Shown: positions 1 through 14,700 of the stretch, piece after piece
Position numbering within the stretch: position 1 is the stretch's first letter
Layout: every line of letters starts with the position of its first letter
Origin: Marsupella aquatica
Taxonomy: Eukaryota; Plantae; Marchantiophyta
DNA length: 64,000 nt
Direction: 5' to 3'
NCBI GenBank assembly: GCA_973895155.1
Contig: OZ316893.1
Coordinates: 8,991,839 to 9,055,838 of the forward strand
Notes under the pieces: model-generated
Database searches by the model: none
Seen by the model: the letters and a program-made list of their open reading frames with translations, nothing else
Told to the model about the DNA's origin: nothing
Made by a program: the position numbers and the translations under genes

Positions 1-2014
1 CGTCCAAATTCGCCTTCAGATCCTGCTGAACTCCCCTTTCAAACTTTCCCAAGTACCTTCACTAAAACCTCCGGATGTCTTCGTGAGTTACCCTCGCCCG
101 CAGTGGCGCAATCCGCTTCAGATCCCTCCTTAAATCTTCTCTCCCTGACCTGAAATTAAGGAAAGCGCACGATAAGATGACGGCCCGTCTATCAATTCAG
201 TTCACAGCTCTTGAAATATCTGTCTGACTCCCGATCAACAGTGACGAGAGACTATATATGAACCTCCCAGACTTTCTTCTTTCGTTTGTTTCTCTATGCT
301 ATGCCTCGACGACTTGACAACACTCAAACGTGTGCAGACACCAGTGAGGAAGAACTCGACAGGTCCTTCCGGGGGTTTCCACTGCTCGCCCCCTCCCCTT
401 CTCCCACTCGACCTCAGACCGTCAACGGTTCAAAGTGGACCATGTGCATACACGCTTGCCTACTCACTTTACACTAGAGACAGCAAGGCAGACAGGATGG
501 AGAGCTAGCTATTTTCATCCTAAATTAGCCAAACAAATGTCCAGCTCATTTCCTCTCGCGTTCGAAGCCAGCAAAATTCACCCCATTTCTCCCACACTTT
601 CTGACCATGCTCTCGATTCTTAAGCAACCGTCAAAATTAATCTCTAGTCCAAAAGCGAGCCCCTCCTCTCACGCAACCACTGTTGTGGCCTACGATTACG
701 AAGGGAGCAACTTCATCCAAAGTTCCGCAGTCTTACCATCCGCCACCCTGATGGGGATGGATGATTCCTAAGATTCGAGAGGGAAGAGAAAATTTCTTGA
801 CAGCTCTTGAGTGTTTGCCGAGAGGAACAGGTGCACAGAACTAGCGACGAATTTGGGTGCGGGCCTCTCAGTCATACTTCCTCTTACGCAAGCACGTGAC
901 GAAGAACAATCTCAAGAAGCAGAGAGTGAATGCGATTTCTGATTGACAATGCGACCGGCACGACCAATGTCGGAAACGGCCCACAATTCCATGCTCAGTT
1001 CTTACCTGGAAGGCGGGGAAAATGGTCAAGTCTGGTCTGCCTGGTCTGCCTGGTCTGCCTGCCGAATAAAAACAAAGTTTGAGATCCAAAAAATCGAGCC
1101 TTGTTCTCTAACACTACCTCAATGCAGGCATTTGGCTGCTCTGCTCCACACTTCCCGAGCAAATCAGGTCTGTGAAGTGCGATCCGCGAGCAAGAGTACA
1201 AACGAGGGACCGAATGGATGATTATTGATGCCCGGGGACGACAGGGCAAAGGAAAGTTGACAGCTATGACGTATGGCGCTTCTCCCTTTCTCTCAGTCCC
1301 ACAATGTCAATGTAAAGATAGAAAATTTGCTTTGGGCAGAACTTACACCTTAGAATATTATATTTCCGAAGAACCCAGGGATCCTCATAGACGAACCTAT
1401 AAGGAGTACCGGTAGCAGCAGCTGCCCAAGTGCGCAGTGACGCACACGGGGGGGCCACTAACTTCTTTACTAGGGAGACAGTGGAGCTGCTACAAAATAG
1501 AATGTAAGGGAGATTCTTCAACAAACCTGACAACAACACCTTCGGATGAAAATTTCCTTACGGGTAGTGAGTAGCCTCTTGCCCAAAGTTCCGTCTCTCT
1601 CTGTCTCTCTCTCCCACTCTCCCTCAGTCCCTCTCCAAAGATCCCAAAAGTCAGAACTCCGGACGTCAGGACCTCTCTCGGATCTATCCAAAATTCCTCA
1701 ATTCAGTTCAGGGCAGCTCACTGAGGAGGCGAATTGGGGCACAAATTTACAGTACGGTACACCCTATCCTTCTTATTCTTCTTATTCTACTTCTTCTTAC
1801 CTGACCGTCTAGATGATAAGTGACATCCAGAAGCTTCTGCACTCCTCCGGTTCAGCAGAGCTCCCACGCAAGCAGCAAGGCAATGACGTACGACGAGCCA
1901 GGGAACAAGGAAGGGTACAATTCATCACTGCTCCATGACAACGTGACTGAATTGCTGTGAAACGGGAGGGAAAAGTCATCCACGACTCAACTCAACCAGG
2001 ATCGTTCGGGGTTC

Positions 2015-2470
2015 GGAGTTGGGTGGAGATTAGAATTGGAGGGGGAACAGAGGAAGCGATGGAGGCTGCTGATGTGAAAGACTGCTGTAGCGTGGGAATT
2101 ACAAATTGGAGGAGGAACAGAGGAGGCGAGGAGGGTGTTGATGTGGAAGAGTGGGTGAAAATTGGAATTGGAGGAGGAACAGAGGAAGCGATGGAATCTG
2201 GTAATGTGAAAGACTTGGTGCAAATTGGAGTTAGAGGAGGACCAGAGGAGGCATGGGAGACTGCTGGTGTGAAAAGAGTTGGGTGGAGATTGGAATTGAA
2301 GAGGAAGCAGGGAGGCAGGAGGTGGAGGCTACTGATGGGTTAGAGTTGGGTGGAAAGTTGGAATTAGAGGAGGAACAGAGGAGGCTGCTGCTGTGGAAAT
2401 TAGTTGGGTACAAATTGGAATTGGAGGAGAAACAGAGGAAGCGATGGAGGGTGCTGATGTGGGAGGGGCG
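2015..2470. repeat. Degenerate GA-rich tandem repeat, about 60-65 bp unit
   Basis: Recurring GTTGGGTGGAGATTRGAATTGGAGGAGGAACAGAGGAAGCGATGGAGG-like units near 2018, 2150, 2210, 2278, 2345 and 2403; the minus strand reads as Pro/Ser-rich SIASSVPPPIPI-like peptides. Confidence 0.75.
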
Positions 2471-3084
2471 GGTGCCGTGGAAAAGGAGGCGGTGGTGGTG
2501 AGGAAGGGGCGGGCGGATGGCTGAGAAAGGGGCGGGTGCCATGGAAAAGGAGGCCCCCAATTGCGCGGAGGGTGGACAGCTGCACAGCGTGCACTCTCTC
2601 GCATGCAATCGAAAGATGGGGCCCACCTCCCACTCCTAAGGTAAGTGGTGGGACCCGGATGCCACGGCCGCGTGTCGTCTCATCATTCACGGCTGAGTGG
2701 CGGTCGGCAGCGAAATATGTCGATCAAATATATTACGTGGCCATTACGATAGGGGCCGTCGATTCGGAAGCTTGACGGCGGGCATACCGTCGATCATGCC
2801 TCTTTCTCTGCCTGATCATTAATTTACAAAAGGGGCGTTCACTCATTCATTTGATACACGTATGGCGCCGGCTTACTGTACAGGAGGAGTGGGTGGGCAC
2901 ACCGTGGCGGGGCGGCCTTGGGTTCGAACTGTGGCAGATGGGGCGTGCCTTTTTGTTTTTTCTGTCAACAGTTATTTTGTGGACTTGGTACATGCGACGG
3001 CTTGCGGGGGAGGTTTCGTTTGTTGTTCGACAGAAGCTCTAGAGGCACAGCCGCCGCACAGGGAAGGTGGGACTGGTATAAAAG

Positions 3085-3475
3085 AGAATTCAGGACTACG
3101 GTAGTGGGTTTTGGAAACTCATTTTTTGGGTTGTTTTATCGGGCCCCTCCATTCAACACTCATTTTTTAGTTGTTCATTGGGTCCCTCCATTCAACAGCT
3201 TGTGGGAGGGATAGGGGATGGGTCTAAAAAATAAAATTCTGGGCTACTCTTTTTTGGAAACTATTTTTGCTGTTGTTATAGGGTCCCTCCATTCAACAGC
3301 TTGTGGGAGGGATAAGGTATGGGTCTAAAATGTATTCTGGGCTAGAGTGTTTGGGAAACTCATATTTTGTGTTTATTGGGTCCCTCCATTCAACAGCTTG
3401 TAGGAGGGATAGGAGACGGGTCTACAGAGAGGCTTCTGGACTAGTGTTCCTTCGAAACTCATTTATTGTTGTCTA
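3085..3475. repeat. Tandem repeat, about 100 bp unit, 3-4 copies
   Basis: CCCTCCATTCAACA at 3145, 3184, 3285 and 3382; the last three are followed by GCTTGTRGGAGGGATA...GGGTCTA and GAAACT. Confidence 0.85.
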
Positions 3476-6400
3476 GTGGATGTTGCCATGCGATGCTACT
3501 TGTTCTATGCCCTGTCACATGAAGACATAAGAGTATGTGTCTTTGCATTTCTGAATGCTACCTAAGGTGTGCAGATCCACATAACGGTAAAGTGCAATTG
3601 ACATTAGTCATCCCAGAAAGCAGAGCCCAGCAAAAACAATCTTCATGTCATTAAGTGAACTTCTGGGTTCAAACTTTATAAATTGACCTAGTTTTACACA
3701 AACTCTCATCTCAAAGTGAGGTTCACCAGAGTCCTTTGCACACAAAGGACTTGAGATTGAGAAAAACTGGAGGTCTCTCCCATATCACCCAAACTCTCAT
3801 ATCAAATTGGGGTTCACCAGAGCCCTTTGCACACAGAAAAGTTGAGATTGAAAAAAATGGGAGGTCTTTGTGCTATCACCTAGTTAGAGTGGAACTCAGG
3901 GCAGGCGAGCAGCATCTAAAAGTGGGAAAAGTGGGAACTGGCAGGTGAGCAGCATCTAAGAATCTAAGAGTGGAATCCAAGGGGTTATAAAAAATGAGTT
4001 TCCAGGAACTGTCACGTGAATAATACAGGGGGAGTTGTTCGTAACCATATGGGCAAGTTCAATGATTGTGTATGTATAATGTCAAAAGCGCCTGGAAACT
4101 GAAGCCCCTATGGACCCAAACGTTTGACAAAATGCCTGGATAGATGAAGTGCCAAAAGCCACTTTTTGTGCTCCGAGAGTATATTTCCTTTGTTAAGAAG
4201 TGATATCGTCTAAAAGTGATATGGTCTAAAAGTGATTGACGGGTGGGTACAACTTCGCACAATCATGAAGCGTGCAAGTAAAGTGTTTTTAAAAAGGGAA
4301 CCTCAAGTAGCGCATCTGGCCTGAGGGAAATCCTTCAGTTTTATACTTTTTTGTTGTATAATATAATTTCTAGTATCAATTACCAAGCCCTTGTGGAGCA
4401 TTTGAAAAGACTAGCTAGACCAAAATCTGGTGCAGTAACCAATCAGATAGGCATACCCAAGTGGGCATACGGTCGCCCTTCTAAGCCATCCAGGCTGCCC
4501 ATAATAATAGACATTTACTTAGGGTTCAACAGAGGGATAGGGGATGGGTCTGAAAAAAGAGATTCACCTGTTTGTGGACAATTGAGGGGTATGTGTAGGT
4601 TTGCACAATTGAGAATCCAAAGTATTTTGACTCAGGAGAATTAAAACCAGGTCAAGCTGTTTCAATGAGATTTTGTGGAGGAAAACAAATCAGATAATGG
4701 CTTGATGGGCATGTGAAACCTAAGTTGAGCCTTGTTGGGGGGATGTTATTTTTGAAAATGCCTTGCTGGGATTCAACCATACAAAGTGACATAATTATGT
4801 TCTTCTCACCCGTCATGTGTGCCGTGCTTTGCAATACAGAAAGCCATTTCCTTTTTCATGTCTCTCCTAATTTACATAAAATGGCTTGTTTCACTAGTGG
4901 TTGGAAATTCAGGACTTGACCTACATGTGACATTCACTTCTATCCTTATGACACATCATGTATTAACTATCAAGGAGGTTTTGATGTTGAGCACCGGAGC
5001 TAAAGGTCCCTTTTTCTTCTTGAATACTTTTTTCTTTGTATCAATGATGGTTAGTTCATTAGGGCTTCTCAAAGCTGACAATTTGATGGACTTGAGTTAT
5101 GGGTTGTGGACACAAAATGTTATGGACTTTATATAATTTGATCCCTGGGTATTGTCCCCTTGTGGCTACCCTACATGGAATTGCATACTCCAGAGCAAGA
5201 TGTTTATCTTCTCTTGGATGCGCGTTTATCCTCTTTTGGATGCGCCGGTTTTCAAGGCAACAAATTCCATCATCCATGATTTTGAAGCTTTGAGATGCCC
5301 TAATTGGTGTTGATTCAGGCATCATGGTCAAACTGCTTGTTTTTTGTCAAGTTTGAACTGTTGGTCAACTAAGCAATAATAGAATTTTGAGTCTCCTCCC
5401 TAAATCAAATGTGACAGAGATATCAGTCAAGGCTGCTTTGTGATCTTTTGTGGGCCCAAACTCGCCAAAGATGCCTTGCATACCCACACTATAGCATTTT
5501 CAACCCTCCCTTGAAGCATATTTTATTCAGTTTGATAGCGTGAGCTTAAATCCAGGCTTCAGTATAAGCTTTCTGTAGTGCAAGACTTGTCTGCAGTGTA
5601 AAGTTGCTAATGACCACCTTATGGAACTTTGGTAACGTGCTAAAAAGGCCTCATCGTAAAGAAGGAGATCCTTAAAGTGGTCTAAATTGAAAACACTTTA
5701 CTGGAATTCTTATGAGACTCAAGATGAGGTAAAAGAGGGATCACTTGTTTTTTTAGCACCAAACACTGACAGTGTAAACAATTCAAATCCGAGTAAACTG
5801 GCTTGCATGCATGGAAGACCCCCCTCCCCCATCTTATAGTCTGGGTTTTTCTAGTAATTCCTACAACTACACAAGTACCTGTGGCCCATACCAAATTAGA
5901 TCCAAGACCCATCCAAGACCGTTTAGACTAGAATCCGTGTCACATGCTAGTAAGAGTACAACTTGGAGCAAAATTGCACTGTGGGGGATTGACTACCCAA
6001 TCAAGTGCTGGTTTTTAAACTCTTTTTTGAAGGACTATCAGCATGATTCTTCATTATCTACTAGATTTGAAGTTCACACCTTCTGTAAATTCTTCGATTA
6101 GATGATTTTTATATTATATTTTTTGGCTCACTGGTTTACTCACATAGTTCTTTACCTTTCCAGTGGAAAGAAAAAGTGTAAAGTCACATTTGCACAACTC
6201 TTTGAGGGCAACCTAATGACTAAAATAGTTTTTGGGGCAGGTTAGTAATTCTGACCACTTGGCGGGAAAGGCTCCAATTCGTTACTTTCTCATGAGGAAG
6301 ACTCAGCACGGCCAAACGGCTGCGTGAGAAAGAGAGAACTTGAGATCAAACTGGATGACGTTCCTCTTTCAGCAATTCACTGAAATGTAAAGTAGGGCAT

Positions 6401-7057
6401 CTGAAAGCTTCCCAATTAAAGATGATGGCTTTTTGGCCATAAAGGAAATTCATAACTTTTTCACAAGGTTATTTAAAACTTATATTTATTTACTTATTCA
6501 CCCCCTATACTGTGACTAATGGTAATGGCATGCCGCAAAAACTTATGGACTATGAATTTGGTACTCATTAACTCCTTGGTTGTTGTGTTAGTACCCCCTA
6601 AACTACGAAGTTAAGGTACCCCCTAATGTATGGATTTAAGGTCCATCAAATTTTGAGTTTTAAGACCCCCTAGTATATCTGTGGTGGTACTAGGGGGTCT
6701 TTTCAGCACTGGATTGTATTAGGGCGTAGACCTCAAACCTTGGAGTTGCCGGAAAGAAACGGCACCCAGAACTATCAGTTTGGGGCATGGTTCACTTGTG
6801 TCCTCCACTTTTTTCCCAGGAATCTTTCCCGTGAATCCACTGACCGCAACCCGAGGGAGCACCACAACGTTTGATACATCCTCAGGTTAACCATGGTTAG
6901 CAGGAAACCACTTCATGCACGCTGCCGCGACACCACTCAATGTTAACTACCCTAGTAAATATACGCCCGGGTATACCCACTTTCAGTGCGCCCGATAGCT
7001 TTGCGGGGCCGCCCCTGCCGCCCCTGAGGTCGGGGTTTTATTCATATTTGAGACGCC

Positions 7058-7131
7058 CTATTATATCCAGCCCTTGACAAGCTCACTCAAAATTGACCTA
7101 TTGTATCCAGCCCTTGACAAGCTCACTCAAA
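7058..7131. repeat. 40-bp tandem duplication
   Basis: CTATTRTATCCAGCCCTTGACAAGCTCACTCAAA occurs twice with period 40. Confidence 0.9.
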
Positions 7132-10100
7132 TCGATTGCTTGCACAGATGGAAGAAGGCCTCTCTCTCCGAAGTCCGAAGTACCCAGGGCTCACGTTTCC
7201 GTTTTTCAACTGAAGGCCAGTGGTAGAGCATTCCTTGTTGGTGTGGTTTCCAACATCAGTCTCTCAATCGGCGGTAGCGTACATCAGTGTGCATACTCCC
7301 TATTGTCAAGAATTTGCCAAATGTTTACGTAGACTCGCGTCCTTGGAGGCTGACTCCCGATATGCCCTTGCAACCTTTTACTCATCAAGGTCAGGAGCGA
7401 GCGTACTGAGTATGCACGCCACCGATCACCACTGGAAGCTTTAGCGGGGTCCTCAGCAGTTTTATGACCTGCAAGGTTGTCTTTTAATTCGGTTGACTGT
7501 CATCGAGTTCCTGAGAATTTTGGTTTCGGACTTGGCTTGGCTGAATTCCTGTAGGTTTCAATTTGATGGCTTTCCCGGAGTGGGGTTTTTGCGGGTTTGC
7601 TGACAGTGGAGTTTACCGCTGCTCAGTTTATGATGTATCAGAATGCTCGGGGACACCCTGCGCGAGTACTGGGTAGCGTGCACTGTTTGGTTTTTTGGAA
7701 CTGAAAATGATAACCGCACTAGCTCAAACGCAGGTAGCGTGAGAAAGCCAACTTCCGTCCAAATGTCAAGACAAGTGTGGACAGTTGAGAAGCTACACAA
7801 TGAAATTTCATCCAATTCCACCAAGGAGATAACGAGGATCCTCCTCGATAATCTGGAGCAAATCAAACATAACAGAAGGGCTATGAGTACAGCAGCAAGG
7901 CACCCATGCATTACTTTGCGGGGGATGCATAGATTCCAGACTGTGCATCATGATTTCCGCGAGCTCTACGCAAGCTACAATGAGGCTACACTACTGTACG
8001 CTGCAGCTTCGAAAACGGAGGGTGTACCACATGTCTCGCTCTGCTGAAAAAGTTACTCTACGCTTGCCATTGAACACTGATAAATTGCACCCTAGTGGGC
8101 ATGCAGTGGGTCTGCACACATTTAGAAATTCGCATCCTGATAAACAGTGAGGATGAGAAGGTCATTGAGGTAAGCGAGATGAGCTGCCTGGTCATTATAG
8201 GTCACCGGTGCAGGTTTTAGTTGCTTCCTGCCCAAACATTCGCTGGACATATAAAAAGAAAGACTCCGTCCAAAATTTGCATAGTCTCGAAGTCAAGAGT
8301 CCCTGTACAACCGAGTTTTCATCATCGATCATGCCAAAAAAAAGAGAAACAAAAATGGATTGCTACAGACAATTTACAAGATAAACATCTATGAACCGTG
8401 TAATTTTTCACAGTGTAGGGGATTCCTTTGCGACAATCGGTCTTCAACGAACTGATTTGATGCATCTTAATTCGCACTGCGCCGTATGGCGGCCCTGTAG
8501 CTACATGGATTACTTTTTCTCCAGTGTCAGTCTGTCTTGAGCCAATATCGAGGTGATCGAGTAACAGTTAGTCAATGGTCACTGTGCTTGGCCACGGAAG
8601 TTATCGGATCATAACTGAAGCGCACTGGAGACACAAAACTTGCCGAAAACCTCCACTGGCGCCGGCATTAGAAATTCATTTAATTGTATCTGATCACAAA
8701 TTTTTTTGGGCATCTCCCAAACGAATTACATGTGGGCCAAGAAACCTTATTCAAGAACTTAATTTCCTATATGGGAAGAAAATAGTGGCGAGGAATTTGA
8801 CCGAGAGTGCATCAAAATCATCGAGCATTCGAACAGCCACGTCTAGCTAGTCTCCCAAGGTAAGGAGAATAATTATTTCAGATATTTTATTTCCGCATGA
8901 TCTCATATCCCTCTGGCTGTAACTCACTCGGGCTCACTGGGATCACAACACAGTGGCACAACGGGAGCCGAAAAGGTATTTTTCTAACAAGAGAATGGAG
9001 TCATTTCGGGCGGCTGACAAGAGTCTTTATTTTCACGGAACTATTAATTAGCCGAAACTCAAACGAAGCGCCAAGTCAGAAGCGCAGAGATAGATGAAGT
9101 TCGTATCGTCAGGACCGTACACTAGGAGAAGACATTCGATCAGTTTAGCTGTTGAAACGTTTGCATTCTGAACTGGTTCGCAACTTCCCCCCAAGTACGT
9201 ACACGGAATCTGGATGCGTTTTTTCAAGATCTGAAATCGTTTCAATTGGTCATCTATCACGGGTCCACCATGAATATCGTCAACAGCAATTGGGATATAT
9301 GGTGGGCTGCAACTTTCAGCCACCGTATCTACGCATGCAAAAGATTGGCTCTCCGATTCACTGAAATATATAGCTATGACACAGTTAGATTCCTCCTCCT
9401 TTATCTAGAGACAATCAAAATCATAGGATGATCACAAACTTACCAGAAAGGACATCCGTCAAACCGTTTGGCCTCCTACTTGAAGCAAATTAAGTATAAT
9501 TCTTTTGCTGCAAATTTGAGTCCAAATCTCACCAGTTGTACTACCTCGAAATTTTCTACGGAAAGCCGAGCACACATTCCCATCTCTAATTGCATTGTTG
9601 TTTACACAATGATTTTGTCTTCGACCTTCTAGAAAACCAGAATTAACCCTTCGAAAATTATACAGCCCATATGATTGAGACTCATCTTATGCGAAGAGTA
9701 AGCTCTGCAGACACCGGCATGAGGTCTGTGTGAAGATGTAAATACGAAATGACTGGTGTAGCCTTCGCCAACCCCAGTTTTTGAACGTCATGGGTTGACG
9801 TCAGCGTGGTGCTTCACCTCCACAGAAGCGATAAGATGCCATGCCCAACAGCTCTTGTGGGAGACTGGATATATGGCACACCGTGACCGGCCGTATGTAC
9901 AATTCGAATGTCCGTTTGTGTACATTTGTCAAAGTTTAAGGTTGGGCAGCTTTTGTGGGATTCGATCGACAGGAAGTTAGAGTGTTCATCACGTCAAAGC
10001 AAGAAAGACTTTGGTACATTCCCGTTTGAAAATGTGAGGTCGCACGAGGTCAAGACTGATCTAAGAACTAGTCACCAGTGGCACTCCACCTTCGTAATTA

Positions 10101-11770
10101 GTAATACCAAGAGTGCACGTCTGTCGGCTTCCTCCGGAGGAACAGCATCTCGGAGCGATGATCCAGCCACCGCTCGCCAGCTCGCCGGCATGCAGAAGAT
10201 GACGGCCACTTCCGTTACACCTTCTGGATCTTCAGTCGTTGTGGTGTGCTACTGTGCTCCCAATGATGACGACGATGCCGAAACGCATCGACTTCCTCTC
10301 GTCCGCTGGAATTTGGGGTGGACGTCACTGCTTCCTCAGTAAACGAACGTATTCGTAGAGGACAATTGGATAATTTCTCCTTGCCTCGTCTACATTTGAT
10401 GTAGTCCTCTCAAAAAACTTATCAGAATTGGGATTGAGAATTCAAAGTCATCCAAATCGTGTCGAGTACTTCTTCCAAAGATAACGGATGCTTTTTTTAA
10501 TCATCAGCCGTCAGCGCAGTCAATTCGTCTCCTCGCCTCCACCGTGTAGACCGCCAACGCGACAGTCATGCCTGTTTTGTGGACCGCGACAAAATTGGTG
10601 ACGAAGTTTCTATCCTTTCGACATGTTTCGCTCCCTAATTGGAGCGCTGGAGGGTTCTGCTGAACTCCCCCAGACACTTCCTCCACGGGTGGGCTCTTTC
10701 GCTTGATTCCCCACCCAGTCAAAGTTTTTGCTTCAGTGGGGAATTTTGTCTAAAATTGTGTTCGGGCACAAATTTTGATTCTCCAATGAGACAGTTTTTT
10801 TGGAGCCTCGTGGAAACTATACATTATTGTACGTGAATCATGATAGGCAGAGTTCTAACACCATCTGCTCTTTCGTGTCTGAATAGGCACGTCCTTTCAC
10901 AACGCAGTTAAAGAACCCTAAATTATCAATCTTCCAACTTCGCAGAAGCACGAGGTGAGTCGCAGATCGAGACGAAGTGACTTGACCAATCCATCTTCAT
11001 TGATTTACCTCTAAAGGCGAGACCAAGTGCCGACTCTGAGAATGGAATCAACCTCTCTTGGGAAGCTTACTAGGTTGCAATGATGTCATACCCTTCATCC
11101 AGGCACAACTTAATTTTTATCTAGATGCTCCTATGGGAGAGCAATCGACATAATTTTAGTCGCCGTCGTTTTTCTTTGACTTTCAATGCGTACTCCAAAC
11201 TTATAAAATCGCAATCCCTGTCTTATTGTAAGTTAACGCCTAATGAAACTGACATACTCGGATTTTTCCTTTGGAATGTTTCCATCCAGCAAAATTGAAG
11301 TTCAGAAAAAAGCATAGACTGATATTCTAAGCTCCTTGGACAGCCTAATTCACTGTTGATGAGGTTAAATTGGAATATTTTTTTGGCAGTGCTGTTGCCA
11401 GTGCTCGAGCAATTGCTTCAGCACAAACGAGCCCTCACAAGGGCAGCGGTAAATTTCCTTCAAGCAGTCTTTCGGAATATTTCGTGCATCCTTCTGACTA
11501 TTGTTCCACAATTCATCACCAAGAAGTGCCTTGAAACATATCACGAAGGATTGACTTGTAGCTAAGTGCAACATATGGGGGTGTCCACTGCTCATTTCAA
11601 TAGAGCAGTGCCCCCAATAGCAGGCCGGCAAGCTCTTACAATCATTTTACAGACTCAGAGATGGGTAGCCTATAATAGTCATCTTGAATTAGCAAATAGT
11701 GTGGTGAGAACTGTGTCTCTCTTTAACTAGACAAAACGTCAGAGTTGAAACTGTATTCTAAGATGGATTC

Positions 11771-14700
11771 ATGGACAGGAAACCGCACCAACCAAATTGC
11801 GCAGGATGTGACAAGCCTCTGGGTGAGTCTTGGATTCAGAATTCCCTGGGAGGAGATTGGCATCCTCTCTGCTTCATTTGCACTGGCTGTCAAAAACCCA
11901 TTACCGAAAGTCAGGTAAGTCCAAGAGCACCTTAGTATGAAGAAAGGCTTCCTCGCAGACTAGTGAAGCCTAACTGCTGGAGGTTGCATTGACGGGAATA
12001 GGATTTTTAGAAACTCGATCTCTTTTTGCAATGGGGAAAAATGGCAGATGGTGTCATGAAGGTGGCTGATGTTCATTTAAAAGGTCTGACAAGCATTCGT
12101 TCATGCGCTTGGATCTTTGTAGAGTCTAAGCTAGTCCCGGATTGATGTTTAAAAAAACGTGATGCTCGATCAATCCGTCGCTTTTGGTTTTGTGTGATGA
12201 AGTTGGGTTTGATTTGATGAAAACAAGTCACACTGAGAGCCTCGAATCCTGGACCTCGAACCGGCTAAACGACTAACTAACCCAAAATTGTTCAAGCTGA
12301 GTCTCAGTCCGATTGATGCCTGGTAGAACGTTCTAAACTTAATTTCGCTGTGCAAGGACAGTTTCAAGTTCAGGGACAAGATCCATATCACAAACCCTGT
12401 TATCAGAAGAAATTTGATCCCGTCTGTGAAGTGTGCCATGATTATGTACGTAAACCCTCTCTTATCTGATAACCTGCTGTTCACACCTGCGATCAAGGGG
12501 AGGAAGTAAAATCGGGGTTCATTGATAACCTAGTTGGTATCATATAGTTAGGATATGATCCTTACTGTTTTTGAGGTTGTCGAGCAGAGTAGCAATTGAT
12601 GTTTGACTGGAATCAAATGAAAATTTCTGTGAATAAACCAGTGAACAGGTTACTCGAACTACAGTCTCAACATTCATTCACGCGCTTGCCATCTTTGTAG
12701 ATTCCAATAAATGAACGCTCTGGCATGATTCAATGGAGGTTTCACCCCTACTGGGGAACCAAGTATTGCCCAGCCCACGAATTGGATCAGACGCCACGCT
12801 GTGTCAGCTGTGAGCGCATGCAGGTAACTACCATTGGGAACATGAACCCTGGATTCAAACCTAGCGCTAAAACAGTAGCAGATTGTCACGTTAAATCCCC
12901 ACAATTCGCATTGAAGAAAAGTATTGTGGTCGGACTTTTTCCCTTCAAGCGCTGAAATTGCCTGACATACAAAGTTTCCGTGTTGGTGTGTAAAGCCCAG
13001 AGATCAGCGGTACACAGAAGTGGACAATATGCGGAGGTTATGTTCCCAATGCTTCGATTCAGTAGTGTTGGATGGGAAAGATAGCCAAAGTGTTTATGAC
13101 AGCGTCAGAGACTTCTACACAAGCTTGGACCTGAGCTTTGAACAGGATATTCCGCTCCTGCTCGTGGACACAAAAGCTCTAAAAGCAGCAGCTGAGAAAG
13201 ATGTAAGCGCATCAATGAACTTTTCCATACTTGTCTGCCATTCTCAGCAGTAATAGCATTACAATTATATAGGAATCTCAACTCACTACTTATACAATAA
13301 CAATTCATGGCTTCAAATTAAAGAGAGGCTCTATCATTATTCGCGCTATGTGAATTTTTGTGCAATTCATGGAAATCCAGACCTGGTAGCAAACTCTGGA
13401 TTAAATGCAGGTGCTGTAAAATGTTCTTAGGTACAGTCTGGCATTATTTAGTGGGTCATGTACCTTCTCATGAAGAAACTGGCAGAGTCAACACCATAGG
13501 ACGAGTATACGAGTCCTAATGGAAAGTATTAATGTAGCTTGAATGGATTTTCACTCGAGTTGATAACTTGCATGCTCACACCCGAGGATCGATCATCGAT
13601 CAAGAGATGGCACAGAAAGCAGTGCCGGTGTAGTCTTTCCTGAAATACAGTAGTGTGAATAACCCAGGTTTGGAATCAAGCAATAAAGAATGGCATTCCT
13701 TGGATGTTTCGCAGGGGCATCATCGTTTTGAACCCGATGCGAGAGGTATGTGCCTCTCAGAAGAGCGCATCATAGAAACAGTGAGCAAGGTCAGAAACCC
13801 ATAGAAACAGCTCAAATAATAAATTTCACGCAGGAGGACTGTTCTATTTTGGTGAGCTTTTTAATTAATTGAAAAGTGGTATCACATTGTGCATGTAGAA
13901 CTTCAATGAGGCGTCAACCACATCTCTACCCGCGACCTGCAAAGGCCAGTCAAGGGCAAAGAGACACGATGTATCGCGGCACTTGACTCGGAAAAGTGTC
14001 GTCACAGGCATTCTGGTCCTCTGTGGGTTTCCTAGGTACTGTGATTTTACTCAATGTGTGGCACTAGAACTCTCATTGTCTGTGACAACCTACTGTAGGC
14101 GTGGCTTGGACAACATAGGTGAAATCATAGTCCCGATTACAGTAGAGTATACTCCTAACTGGGGTCACTTTTAACACTTCTGGCATCATGTGAGAACGAA
14201 ATAAAGGGTGTTCCTGCATTTGAGGGAAATACTTTAGTAGCAAGAAGTAACGAAGGGGGTAACAACTCAAAAGAGCCACAAGTCGTCACATGATTGGTCC
14301 TAGCCATTTGTCAATATGTATATGATCGGTACAGCTTGTTTACTTCCTTTTTCTGTTTCTTTCGAAGGGGGTAATTTGATAGGGAAAGTCGCAAATGTAT
14401 TAGAAAACCTCCATAAGGTGAACTATTTACTCAGATTCTCAGAAAGTACTAGAATTGAAGTCTGTCTGAAAACTAAGTCCAACCTTAACCAGGACTGTCT
14501 GCCACTAAATTTTGGGTACTCGAATGCGTAGATTTAGGTTTTTGCCTGATGTACTTCTATTGTGTATTCTCTGACGTCACATTTGTTGGAGCATTGGTAA
14601 TCTTTCATTAATGGTGTTCCCAGCATTCTTCTGCAGGCTGCTAACAGGATCAATAATAGCACACGAGATGATGCATGCATGGCTGAAACTGAAGGGTGCG

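Noticed and set aside
1-1810. Several minus-strand splice-like signals suggesting 5' exons of a gene leaving the window
   Set aside because: No consistent reading frame or product could be assembled.
3145-3400. Regularly spaced CCCTCCATTCAACA repeats resembling a CRISPR array
   Set aside because: The intervening sequences are homologous to each other, so this is a tandem repeat, and the context is eukaryotic.
6887-6908. 22-bp inverted match to 22262-22283 in the solo LTR
   Set aside because: The match is partly palindromic and does not visibly extend; not enough to call an LTR remnant.
7643-8047. 134-aa ORF preceded by a possible short intron
   Set aside because: No recognisable motif; cannot be distinguished from a chance ORF.
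9908-10342. ORF containing SDDPATARQLA, faintly UIM-like, upstream of the DA1-like gene
   Set aside because: Weak match and no supportable splice path to 11763.
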